From NCBI GenBank assembly GCA_002633005.1, contig NMRA01000108.1, positions 1 to 42,539 of the forward strand: DNA of 42,539 bases, given 5' to 3'. Both the position numbers and the translations under genes were made by a program. Position 1 is the first letter of the stretch. Each line of letters begins with the position of its first letter. The notes under the pieces are model-generated. The model searched no databases, had not been told where the DNA came from, and worked only from the letters and a program-made list of their open reading frames with translations. The DNA is from Phoronis australis. Lineage: Eukaryota > Animalia > Phoronida. This document shows, one piece after another, positions 24,582 through 36,935 of this stretch.

Positions 24582-25394
24582 CTGAAAAATAAAGGATTAT
24601 TGGTTGGTTTTTCCAAGAGGGCACTGTCGTAAAATGTCAACAACATTTGCCTACTAGGGGCTGCTTACAACAGAAGCAGCTCTACTGAAAGGTACGGTGT
24701 ACAACGTTTGAAGTGTTTGTCAAACGTCTGAGTATGATTATCAGTGTTGTATCATGACTGTTCGGAGTGTTGGTAAGATTTCAACAAGGGCGTCACACCT
24801 AAGTGTGAACCAATACCTTCTATCCTCACATTAGTTGTATGTATATGGGAATACTAAATGGCGTTACGTCTTTGTTGCAAGTTACGTTTCTCGAGAAAAA
24901 ATGAAGTCATCAACAACTTGTATCATGTCGCTGTCGTAAGCTGCAGTATGCCGCAGAGGTTTCATAACCATAAAATGAGTTCTGTTGACAGAATCTGGTT
25001 AAGTCAACCAAAATCAGTCACACTCAGCTTTTTTGATTAACCGATTCGTAAGAGTTCAGGCGTAACAACAAAAATTACACTCACAGCCATAACCAAGTAT
25101 TGCCAGGATGATCCCACTGTTATTGGTCGGACTATTGGTCTTCCAAATAACTCCGTCGTTTTTGTAGCCAAGCGACAGTAAAGATATTGCTTGACGTCCG
25201 ATAAGTTTGTGGGGGTGTTTTAAATCTACTCGTTCAAGCCGCTAATATCATGTCATATGAAGAAAATCGAGAAGTCTTACAATGCTAAAGAACACGCGCG
25301 AGAAAATCTAACAACACCAGGTAAAAGACGAGGACTACTTATCCCGTACAATCGATGGCTGCCACGTTTTCCCCGTGTGTGGGTGGACGCAGGT

Positions 25395-26037
25395 TGTTAC
25401 ATACCGGTGCTGATACCTTTCGGTGCGACAATAAATTGAAGACAAGCTCAAGTTAAACACTTTATTAATCTCGCCCGTATGTTCACAAGCCTAATCAAAC
25501 AAAACGTCCGACGTACATGTAATGTCTGTTTTATGCTCCAACTAGTTCTGCGAAGCCTTGACTTGTGATGAACGTCTGAGACACTTGCAGCACGTGTTAC
25601 GCTCGCCGATTCAATAACCTGCTGTCTCTTTAGCTAGCTCTCTATTGATGCTGATTCCCTTCAGTGCAAAATAACTGTAACTTTATTGTAACTATAACTG
25701 ACTTTCAGCTAATCTTCGACTTTTAACTGTTTTTCCCACATTCACACAAACCCATGTTTGGGTGTTTATAGTCTCATGCAATGTTCTAGAACTTTTCAAC
25801 AGCTCAAGCATATTCTACAACATTCTGGAATCTATCCAATCATTCTACAAACATATACTATTCTCTAGACTGTTCCAGATTACATGAATCAGATGCTAGA
25901 GTCTTCTAAAATGCTCCACACTCTTCTGCAGTAAACAAATCACTGTACTGATCTCAGGGTTCATGTCAATCAATAACACAAAAGAACAATACAACAAAAT
26001 AATTAAACTAAGAGCAGTGTCAGCCTATATTCTGACA
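25395..26037 (-). mobile_element. Probable Gypsy 3' LTR
   Basis: TGT...ACA termini, directly downstream of a minus-strand Gypsy pol remnant. Minus-strand TATA-like GACTATAAA (about 25770) and AATAAA (about 25462); nGAAn/nTTCn-rich block at about 25780-25920. Confidence 0.6.
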
Positions 26038-26159
26038 CCTCACGCGTGCCAAAGAGAAAATTACGCTCTATTTTTCCAGCACAAAATCATCTGGCACAAA
26101 TATATGATCTTCTGATGCTGTGTCCTCTAAAGTGCTCCCTGACTTGCAGGATCTGCTAG

Positions 26160-26730
26160 TCGACTTTAGTTGTCTGCACGACGTTAGATTTTTCCGGGAT
26201 GTCCTCCACATGAAATTTATAATTCTGAAGCGCTATTGCCAATGGCACGAATCTTATGACACTGAATGTTCGCCAATGATTTGTGGTCAGTTTGCATCAT
26301 GAATTCCATCCCGTAGATATGAAGCTGAAAGCGTTCAACAGCTAAAACTATCACCAAACACTATTTTTCTTCTGTGAAGTAATGGTGGTCGTTCTCTTTT
26401 AGCTTTTGGTTGGAATATGCAATCTCATCGTTAAACTCCTGCAATAAGTCTTCCTCTAAACCATTGTTTGTTGTGTCCATCCTGACAACGAATCTCTGGG
26501 TGAAGTCAGGTACTAGTAGGATGGGGCTACTTCCAAGAGCTTGCTTTAGCTTTTTAAATACCTGTTAATGAACATCGGTTCACACAAGTTTCTTCGGCTG
26601 GGACTGCTTCTGTAAATCTGTCAACGGCGTAGCTACCTGAGCATAGTTAGGCACAAATTTTCGGCAGTACCCTGTAAGCCCTAGAAATGACCGTACTTCA
26701 GTCTTATTAGACAGTATTGGTGCATTCTGG
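26160..26730 (-). pseudogene. Ty3/Gypsy pol fragment (RT connection to RNase H)
   Basis: VRSFLGLTGYCRKFVPNYAQVATPLTDL...LKQALGSSPILLVPDFTQRFVVRMD...IAYSNQKL...TDHKSL, with stops. Confidence 0.9.
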
Positions 26731-28423
26731 ATCGTGACTGTGCCCGAAGCGTACCGTGAGTTAGGCGTGTGTGAGGGACGTGACGACATTCACAATATGA
26801 AAATAGACTGCGAGTGGGCGGCTCCTTTATACAAATGAATAGTAAAACAGCATATTTCAATAATTCGCTTTTTTGCGTTTTCAGAATATATTTTCGAAAC
26901 TAGACATCTTTCAGATTTGTTGTAACACGCGCTCCAGCGGTGGCTTGAACAATGTATCAAAATGTCCCATGGTCAATCAAGTTTTTTAAAGCCAAAGCAA
27001 TTATATCCCGAGAGATAATTGATGGTGGGTTCTTAGCGATTTACGTTTACTTAACAACCTCATTGAAAACATTTGTGCACATTGGAATTGGGTGCAAAAC
27101 CCATAACAATTTATTTCAATTGAAACTGAATGTATAAACAATGTAATGCGTTTTATCTCATCTGGAGCAACTGTAAACACACTAGTTGAATTGTGTGGCC
27201 TAACTTCGTGCGCATTCGTCTGAAAGAAACTATCATGTCTTTAGAGCTTCATTCAAAATTACCAGCGATATGAGCGACAGTTTCAAAACTCTGCTTACGG
27301 AGGCAAACAAGGGTTAAGATTGGAAAACACGTACAGTATATTTGTGAAAGGCTGATATATGTCCATGACATCACATGAGCAGTTGCTAAAGGACATTGGG
27401 TAATATGACTACCAACTTCTTTTTATGCTTATATTTACGACTTTTGGTCACCGGTGCCAAACTACCGGAAAGTAGAGCCAATCCTTACTTAACGGTAAAG
27501 GCCATATGTTACGGGTGATATACTGTACATGTACAGTCTCTCCCTGGAGTAAATTAGTGTATGCGACGGGAAACATGAAACCATAATTTGCAGATGAAAA
27601 TTCCAGTGTACGGTGATCAGACGGCTATCTTCATCCTACAGGTACGCAAGAGGTGGGCAACACTTTTTCGGGACTGGTGATCGGGCCTCTTTCAAGGCTG
27701 TGATTCGTGAAATGCGGACAAAATCCTGCCATTGAGGAATGGAGATTTATTGGGACTGGGATCAAATTGAATTATACACCGGGAACCAGGAAATTGCGGT
27801 TCAAATCAGCGTGATTTAGGATTACAAATTGCAGTTTGAGAAAATTATCGGTATTCAGTACTTGTTTTTTTAAAAATAGGGTTTGACTGATTTAATCCTT
27901 TTAAACCTTTCAATTAACATAGAGAAAAAGCTGGTGTGTGTTGTTCTAAATACGTTTTTTTGGTTTTGTCCTTGTTCCTAACTGAACAGCACATTGATGC
28001 TCCAAACATTTTAAGTTATGGGAAATGAATAATTTGTATAATTCCTTTTTCACTATTTGCCTGAAAAACGAAATTTATCCAAATACCCTTCGGCTAGACT
28101 TTACAAACTTGACCTTCTGAGTTTTATTCAGTACATTGTTTTGATCATCGATTAAAATGGTGATTAAGCATTGAATTTTTCACAGAGTGTTTGATAAGCC
28201 CTTTCTCAAGACTTTTGGTATTGTCTGTATACTCTGCCTCATGTGAACTGTCAGGTAAGCCCCATCCTAATTTTTGAGATACCAAGTTATGTAACCGCTT
28301 CACTATCCCATTTTAAATTCTGTGAATACCAATATTGTTAATTTGAAGCAGGTCTTGATGGCTTAAGTCCCCTTTGGACATTAACTTTTGACTTGGCACA
28401 AATGGCACAGCGCAAGATGTTTG

Positions 28424-28427
<4 letters not shown>

Positions 28428-28475
<48 letters not shown>
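28428..28475. repeat. (CA)24 microsatellite
   Basis: Direct inspection. Confidence 0.98.
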
Positions 28476-28476
<1 letters not shown>

Positions 28477-28699
28477 CTCAGAAACGGTGAAAAGGTGGAA
28501 GTTGAAGGCAGGAATGTTCACTGCTTATGTTCAAAGAAGCAAATCCCAGAAGTCATAATTCATTGTTACTATTTTATTGCTGTTGCTGTTATTGTGCTTC
28601 TAATTCCCCCCCAAGTGTAGGTAATTTGTCATCATGAGTTTTGCTTCAATGATTTTTTGGATGCAAGTGAAAAACCTAGTAAGTATTTTTGTAATCTGG

Positions 28700-28997
28700 A
28701 AAAACGTACGTAAGAAAGTTACTAAATTGGTAGCGGCGAGTCGTGAAACGATTGAGGATAAAAAAGAACTTTTGAAAGAAATCCGTCAATTTTATGAGGA
28801 ACTGTTTTCGTGTTAAGATGGATTACTAGACGAAGTTAATTTTAATGACGTCTTACCGAGCACAAAAATTCCTAAATTAAGTGAAGCTGAAAGCAACTTA
28901 CTCGAATTAGAAATCTCAGAAGGGGAGGTGCTTACGTCATTTAAAGGCATGAAAAAATAAAAGTCCAGGTCCGGACGGTTTCACCACTGAATTGTTT
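28700..28997 (+). pseudogene. L1/Tx1-type LINE ORF2 fragment
   Basis: KELLKEIRQFYEELFS...IPKLSEAESNLLELEISEGEV...MK/KSPGPDGFTTELF, the region just before the RT domain; contains a stop and a frameshift. Confidence 0.85.
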
Positions 28998-30217
28998 ATA
29001 TTAATCCCTGTAATGGCCTATTTAAGTATCTTATTAAAGCATACAATCACAGTTTCAGACTAATGTAAATAACTGGCTCGAAGGTGCTGTTGGACATAGT
29101 TTAGAGCTGTCCTTACCATCAGTTCGGTGTGGTGTTCAAGTGGAAGCGGTTTTGCAAAGTTTGGTTCTTTGCTTCGGCACGAACCACATTTATAAACAAA
29201 GGTTTAGAAATTCCTGCCTTGCACTTGTTAAAAAGAAAGTTGCTTTGTACAGCTCTGCATGAACAATATAAAGTACGGTTAATTTGTAGAGCGATGGCAA
29301 GATATTTTTTGTTTATTATGAATGACCTATAGCCTCTACTAGTTCTTAATGTTAAATTACCTGTATGTACATGACAGCACTGTAAGTTGACCTTAACTGA
29401 TCCTTGACTAATACATAACGTTAGTCAATTGTGGAATTGTGTGATGTACACCGTACCTACTATATTGAATAAAAAGATTTGATACGCTAAAAAACGAAAA
29501 TACAAATTTTTAAGTTATTTCTCTTGTGTTCGTAAATGCATGTATCTGTTGTCGCCAATCCGCCCAGCATCTGTTGACTAGTCAGCAAAGCCAAGATCAC
29601 ACAGATCAAAGCTATCTACATGATGAATCAGAAAGTTTTTGTGTTCAAGCAACCTTACAACATTCACATACTAATGGTGTGCAGTAAGTCAGTAGTACAG
29701 AGCGTTGTTTTTGCAAGTGTTCACATGTTGCTTTTTCTTGTTGAGTCTCCATAGACTGTAGCAGCATAGTGTGCACGTGCTACGTATATTTACATCAAAT
29801 GTCGTGCAGTTACCGACGAATAAAAATATAATATAGTAAAGCTAGTAAAACTAAAATGACGAGCGTCGGTACTAAACTATATTAAAATATTTGCACATAC
29901 ACAACTTGAAAGCGTGCATTTGTGTATGCTAAAAAGTAGAGTTTAAGGGAGCGCAAATACAAAATCCAAACTCTAATGACACAACCGGTCAGTAGACATG
30001 CAAGAGTGCCTGGTCGAAGTAAAATGAGATTTAAATCAGCAGACACTGCTAATCAATTAGTTCGTGACTAGTAAATCTGTGCTAGATGACAGATCTCGTG
30101 CATTAAGAGTAAGTTGATTTCCTGTTTGCAATCTATATGTTGTTTTATTTAGGTCTACTAGCTTCAGTTCGATACTGTTGCTGTTCTAGTGTACTGTTGA
30201 ACACATCAGCGGCGCAT

Positions 30218-30351
30218 CATAGGCGGCTGGGGGGCTATAGCCCCCACTTTTTCAGTGCTACGCCGCATATGTTCTATAGGCCACATACCACAAAAGGTGG
30301 GGGGCTGGGGGAGCTATAGCTCCCATTTTTTTCCGTGCAGCGCCACCCATG
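30218..30351. mobile_element. Possible hAT-like MITE remnant
   Basis: CATAGGCGGC...GCCACCCATG imperfect inverted ends with repeated GGGGGCTATAGCCCCC palindromes; no clear TSD. Confidence 0.4.
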
Positions 30352-33300
30352 TGTTGGTTGTTGTTATATATGATAAACAGTAGTCACTTTGAAGTATTTT
30401 TGTCAATAAGCTTTGGAATGAAATTTACCGGCAAGCTTTTGGGTCCAGGGCCTCTGGAATTGAGCCTGAATAAGGCCACCTACATAACACACCATAAAGA
30501 TTATTAAAATTGTGACTTTGTCATTTTAGACGTAATAGTAATACTTGATTTATAGAAATTTGTTGCACTCGTCCTCCGCTGCGTAATAGTCTTGCAGTGA
30601 GCATACAGGCTGACAGTTTATACTCATGTTGATGCTAGTCTTGGTATGCACTCTTTCACAGTGCTACGAAAGGTAGCACTGTAACATGTTGTTCAACTTG
30701 GGTTCACCAACGTCATAATATTCAATTATTCGTATTTGTTGAAACCTGGGAAACCCCTTCCAGTTTACAGTTACGTAGTTACGTAGTAGGACGGCCACCT
30801 TTGACTACATGTATATAGTAGCAATTTGTTAAGACGGGCACCGGTCGAAGTGAACAAAATCAAGGAAATACGATCATTGGCTGAAGCCTAAACAGGTACA
30901 TGTACAGTGCATAAAGGTCGCGTGCAAGTGGTGGCACTGTGATGAGGAAACTTTCGTCGAAACATGCGCATTGATGTCCAGACACGGAATTCCGTGCATC
31001 GTTCATTATATTTCCACTTTGACATTTTTCAGTATTTATGGCACTTTGTAAGAGGGTAGTGTTGGATACCCTAGCAGTTTCCGGGATCACTGATAGTGAC
31101 AAGGTGCCCGCCATGAAGTAAGCGGTATTTTATAGCAAGTTTTACAAGATGTGCACGGGGTCCAAGAGAACCCTAATTTTCCATTTGTCTCCGCAAAAAG
31201 GCCCACTGCGCAAAAGGTGCACTGGTCACCTTCCTACTCTCAATAGGCATCATAAGAGGGGGCGAGAATTCAGCATACCTGCACCTGCAACAAGGGTCTC
31301 TCAACAATTGTTCGTACGCCTGCTGCACCTCAACAGTATGCGTGAGTCCCCGTGTAGCACTCATACAGTGCGCAAGGCAAACATGTCTTGTTGAAAACAC
31401 ACTGACCGTGTAAGCCTTGCTGGGACTGACTTGCTATATGCCTGTCATTAAATCTTTGGAGGTGCAAACTGACTCTGAGTGCAAACTCGCTCCGTTTGTT
31501 ACCAGCCCAAACTTTGCACTTTTAAGATGCTCTGTCTCATTAAAACTGACAACATTTAAATTTGTAGCAAGCGCCACCTTGCAACTTTAGTTCTGGTGAA
31601 TTGTGTGTATTAGTACTATTGTAATCAGGAAAGAAACAATTTGTGAATAAAATGCGGTTTTTAAGAAAACAACACAACATGCACACTTAAAAACAAGCGT
31701 GTACATATAGAAAACCTGGTAATTCCAAGTATTACGCAATCATTATTTGATAGCGATATGAACAAATAACAAAAACTGTGTGTTTTATTAGAGTAACGAT
31801 GACATATTACCATTCTCATATACACATGAAGTCTAGAAAACGAGATATTTGCGAGATTATAATAATAACTGATTCTAAGATGGTTTCCAGCACACCGGAA
31901 GACCCAGGATTGTTTGTATACGGGTACTTCATTTGCATATTCACAGTAATGAGACAGAGCGTCGGTAACTCGACAATTGAAAAACATCATGTCGAAATAA
32001 ATTCTGTGAAACGTTGCCCAACTCGAACGAAGTATTGATGGGAACAATTCAGTACACATTTCACAATAAAAATGTAGGAATTACGCACTTTACTTCAACA
32101 AAATTTGTTTTCGAACGAGCCCAAAAAGGTCCACCCCAGACAACCAAAAAGTCCAAAAAATGAGACAAAATGAGTCCACGGGAGTTGGGCACGAATGCAC
32201 AATTCATACATGCAGGTCTGGATATGGTACCGTGTTTTTTTAGTTCTCGTACTCAAATTACAGTGAAAGGTCCAAAAACCGATAAATTCGAGCCCTAATA
32301 TATTTTAGGCTGTGTGCGCGCATGGGCGTTTGGCGATTATCAAGCCTGTCTCTGGCGACTTAGGGGGAAAGAGGGCCATGAACCCCCCGCTAAAATTATC
32401 CCTTGTTCCATGCGGCAGTTCGGTGGTGCGAATGTCTAACGGGCAAAATCCTGGCTACTCTGCCCTGTCCACCCATTTCAAGATCTGTCCCTGGTCGTCA
32501 TTTTCACGCGGTTGCACTCTTTAGCGATAAAAAACGAGTCGCATGTTTCCGAATCGTAATCGTCGCTTGAAGGCTAATATTGGGACCGACTGATGCCCCA
32601 ATACGATATCAGAGATATTGCTGATATTTGATAATGAGGATGACTTACATGAAAAATAAATATGTTTTCCACCACGAAGCTTTGTAAGTTGAGCGTTTAA
32701 GAATTACATGTAGTAGAAACGATGCAGTTCTGTCACGTTAAATCGCGTGTTATGCTGAGGTCAAAACTTTCTTCTGTGCATCCGAAAATAAGCAAAAGTA
32801 GCCAAAATATTTTTAAGACATTTATGAAACCTTTCAAATGTCGATTCTACATTATCCCATATCCAGGCAACATGCTTACAAGTCATCGGAAGGACTGTTC
32901 TCGGTTTAGTGTTCTTTTAAACTTTGTTTGGCAACAACAGAATGACAGTTGGATTCACAAGAGTTGTTTTATATTTGACAGGTATCTGCCCAGAGGTGTA
33001 AAACAATTAGCTCAAGTACACTTCAAATTCCAGGCCGCATTTTGTGACTTGACAAGACATGCCCAAAATCTCAGCTTAGCGACCAGCAGCTCGCATTTTT
33101 CGAACCCAGTGTTCAGAGGCATCTGAGCTTCGGTGTGTCTACACAACCCCCACAAAGGTGGTAACCAGATAACCTACACACATGTATGTTGATCTTTCTG
33201 GTGGCTCCATCAAAAACCTTCATCACTACTCTCCAAAATCATACATCTCATTGAACCGTTAATGTTGAAACACTTCAGCTGTGCAAACGCCACCGAAACC

Positions 33301-33412
33301 GCGCGACACTTCGCGTGTGCTTGCCCAATTTACACACTAACGGCGATGCAGGGAAATTCTGCAATATTTGACATATTTCTTCATACATGTATATCATAGT
33401 TTTAAAACTCAC

Positions 33413-33573
33413 CAATAAACACACCGGTTCGAGTGCCGGATAATTGTTCGTTAGTAATGCCGGCGTCTTCTAAGGCCATGTGAACACATTCCAGCGCCAG
33501 CCGGTGTTGAGGATCATAAGACGCCGCCTCTATGTTGTTGACGCCAAAGAACGTGTTATCCCATGCTGAGCCA
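33413..33573 (-). CDS. Type I polyketide synthase (animal PKS), coding exon 2
   Basis: Not in the ORF track. Reads (S)GSAWDNTFFGVNNIEAASYDPQHRLALECVHMALEDAGITNEQLSGTRTGVFI(G), containing the KS DPQxR motif. Acceptor GTTTCAG, donor GTGAGT; 161 nt, phase 2 to phase 1, exactly bridging exons 1 and 3. Confidence 0.95.
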
Positions 33574-34869
33574 CTGAAACGACAAGTAGCTCAAATGATT
33601 ATGAGTGTTTCATTCTATGCAAACCACCAGTACTTTTGCCTTCCATTGTGATTGCCAACGAACCTCTCAAACTGACACTGAACTCTGCTTCCAACGCCCT
33701 TGGTCACGGTCTCTTGATGATTGCGTAAAAATGACGTTTGTTCAGATCCACTCCGGCGCTAACTCACAATAAGTAACTCCTTTGTTAATCGACACTTTTA
33801 ATAAATGATATTGTTCATACAACACTGTAAGATCTAGAAAGTCGTAAAAGCGGAGGGTAAAACACAACTTTGAAGGAAAATGTTATGAAAATGGCTCCTC
33901 GGATATTTTTGGGTTTTTTTTGGCCGTGCCATTTATAATAATTGAGCTTTGCAAAACCAGCGAGACATTTTTAATTTCGACCAAAACTACTACTCTTTGT
34001 CTAGTAAATACATGTATCCCAATGTCATGACTACGAGCAACTTTCAGAAATAAAATAGAGTACCCTTGGGGCGTAGAAATTATGATGTCTTGACAGATAC
34101 TGATATTGTTTCGCAGTTTGTACGCCAACCAGTACCAAATATTCATAATTTGTGGAGGTTTGTCGGCATTACACATTGTGGTGAAATGGCATAACCACCA
34201 GTCAGTTTTGACTTCAAGTGACATGAAACCTGTTAGTGCCAGACGGTTTTATGTTTTAGTTCGTAGATCTAAGGTAGCTCAACAGATTGGTCTGTACTAG
34301 AAAATTCTGGAACCTGCGTCAGCTGAGATATTGGGAGGCGAATTTAGCCAAATAAGTATACATATTACGCGACTCTAAAAATAGACAAAGAATTATAATC
34401 GAAGACTGTAGAATTTGCATGAATAAAGTAATCGAAGATCACACCTGATCAGTAACACAGGTTCAGTGCTTCGACATTAATTCCAATGCTCAAGATAGGT
34501 ATTAAGATTTTGCTAAAACCTCAGCTGCCGCCAGGCTCAAATATGACCAAAAACAAATGGTATCCATGGCAACCAAAAGGTTGACTTTAAAAAAAAAGTT
34601 GTCTGGAGTCAGCGGGACCTGACTCATCACATCTTTTGCGAAATTAGTCTGAAATTTAAATCGGCGAACATTCAGTATGCTATTCTGTATGCTTCAAAAA
34701 CTAACTACACTAACACGATGTTACACGTTGCAGCGAGCTTCAAACACTAACGACTCGATACAATGTTCACACGTGCGTGCACTCACATATAACACACATT
34801 CTTGCAAGCAGGTGCTTTTATTTTTCATTTAATTTTAAAGTTAGTGAAACAGCAGGTACATGTACTTGT

Positions 34870-35440
34870 GAGAAGTCCAAAAATAGAGTGATTTGTATCA
34901 TAGTTTTAGAATCCACCGCAAACATTTTTGTTGGCAGTCTTGTTCTTTTCCAAGTTACGTCATTATCTGGACTGAGGACTACATTTGTCAGCAGTTCGGT
35001 GTTTTCAAATCATCCACGCTGCAGATCGAACGTGGAAACGGGGACCTTGCTAAACAGCGAGTTGGAGACAGTTTCTAATAGCAAACAAGAGCGTTCATCT
35101 GTTACTATTCGATTTATTTTGTTGAATCTTAGTTCACTCGACTGCACTATAAGGAAGACTCTTGACGCAGAATTCCATTTGTCGCAGATCACTTGGAAGG
35201 TCGTCTACTGTATCCGTTTCCTCAATTTCCATGAATTCACGCATACCTCCGATTGCCGTTTAGGCAACCTGCCAAAACAGATCGCGATATATACATGTAC
35301 GCCTGACTTTGTTAAAAAATGACTGCCAATCATTGTCAAGTCAACGCCATTCCAATTAGTTCACAACAACCTTTTGAATAAGTCGTCCAGGACGTATGGT
35401 CGGGATATGCTGTCGTCAGCATAGCAGTGCATCGGTACCG
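34870..35440 (-). pseudogene. CR1/L2-type LINE reverse transcriptase fragment
   Basis: MHCYADDS (YADD at 35412-35423) followed by a decayed LEK.QR.ATKM-like segment near 34920-34960. Confidence 0.6.
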
Positions 35441-35464
35441 TAAGCTATTGTTACGCCCCACGTT

Positions 35465-35593
35465 AAGATGTCAAAAGATGGTTGGCTGCGCCTACGCCCC
35501 ACTATAACGTAACTTACGGTGCGTAAGCGCTACGTTTAAATGCCAAAAGTTGGTTGGATAGGCCTATGTGCGCCTAAGCCTCACTACAACACT
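35465..35593. mobile_element. Remnant related to the 4748-4894 hAT MITE
   Basis: Shares AAATGCCAAAAG.TGGTTG...GCCTACGCCCCACTA motifs with 4838-4890. Confidence 0.55.
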
Positions 35594-36889
35594 TTAACTT
35601 TTATTATTATTAACACATTAAGTTTTATATGCATGGTTTGCTCTAGCATGGTAGGTTAGCATGTGAATATTTTGTCACGGTACTCACGTGTGTAGAATAA
35701 ATTTGTTTTGAATGTTGTAGTAGAGAATCCAGGATTAAAGCTCCACTCAAAACAACTGGAAAAATACCCCCCCCCCTCAGTGCATCATTGGAGTAAACTT
35801 GTACACTTGTACTTGAATCCTCGAGAGGGATTGGTTAATATTTCTTTGCTCTGTATATACGTCAGTAGGTGCATGTGCGTTTTACAAATCAGCGTTTTAT
35901 AAACAGGACAATAAATATCCAGGCAGTTAGCATGTCTTATACTGATACATTTTACACGTCTGTTATCAAAATTGGGTGTCTGTGTTGCAGAGTGTAGCTG
36001 AAACAATCGTTGGATAAGGACGGCTACCCAGACAACTCAACGTACATACTTATGAACTGTAGCTCATGAACCCATGAATCATCTGATCTCAGTCCTGAAC
36101 GCGCGTTTGTATTCATAAAACATGGATTATTGCCTATGAGGCTACGCTAACAGATCCAGCTAAAGAAGATTAAGTGGCTTCTGGTGTAGTATAGATACAT
36201 GTGAATGTATAAAGTACATTAGCTTTAAAGTAAAGGATTGTTGGTATCTTTGTAATCAAATATCTTAATTTTCTAATTTCCACCTCGTATTTGCGCTAAC
36301 TGCGAAGCGATACCGAAGCAAGTTTACGGCAACAACACCTTTAGGTGAAATGATAAGTCGCATACATGTACACTGTATATTATGACAAACTAAACTATCA
36401 AAGATATTGATAAATATATAATATGTTGAGCTGTAAAGGTCGGTGAAAATCTGCTAGACACACAGCACTATGGGAGGTCCAATGAAGCAATGAAGGTATA
36501 CACACGTGTTGAACTAGACAGATAAGTAACAACGTGGGGAAGAAAAACAGCAACACAGGGATTACGACATGTGAAATTCAAGTGTAAAAAGAAGGAAAGA
36601 AAATTGCTTTGAGGTAGGGAATGAAATAGAAATTGACTGAAAACTCGAGAATTATGGACGATGGCCCAGTGTTGCGACAACATTAAGACATCACGTGGTA
36701 CAATTAAACCAATAATCGTAGAACAAAGAGGGCCACTGACCAGAAACTCCAAATCCGGTGATAATGATGACGAACCAGTATAGCTTACATAAAATAATTT
36801 AATACTTAAATGATATTTATATGTGCTAACTGTGAAACGTCACTGAAGCTAGTTTACAGTGAAACAACACGTATAGGTGAGATAAAAGG

Positions 36890-36891
<2 letters not shown>

Positions 36892-36929
<38 letters not shown>
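36892..36929. repeat. (AT)19 microsatellite
   Basis: Direct inspection. Confidence 0.98.

Positions 36930-36935
<6 letters not shown>

Noticed and set aside
34777-35322. Longest clean ORF in the track (181 aa, + strand)
   Set aside because: No motif; it is antisense to a decayed CR1-type RT fragment.
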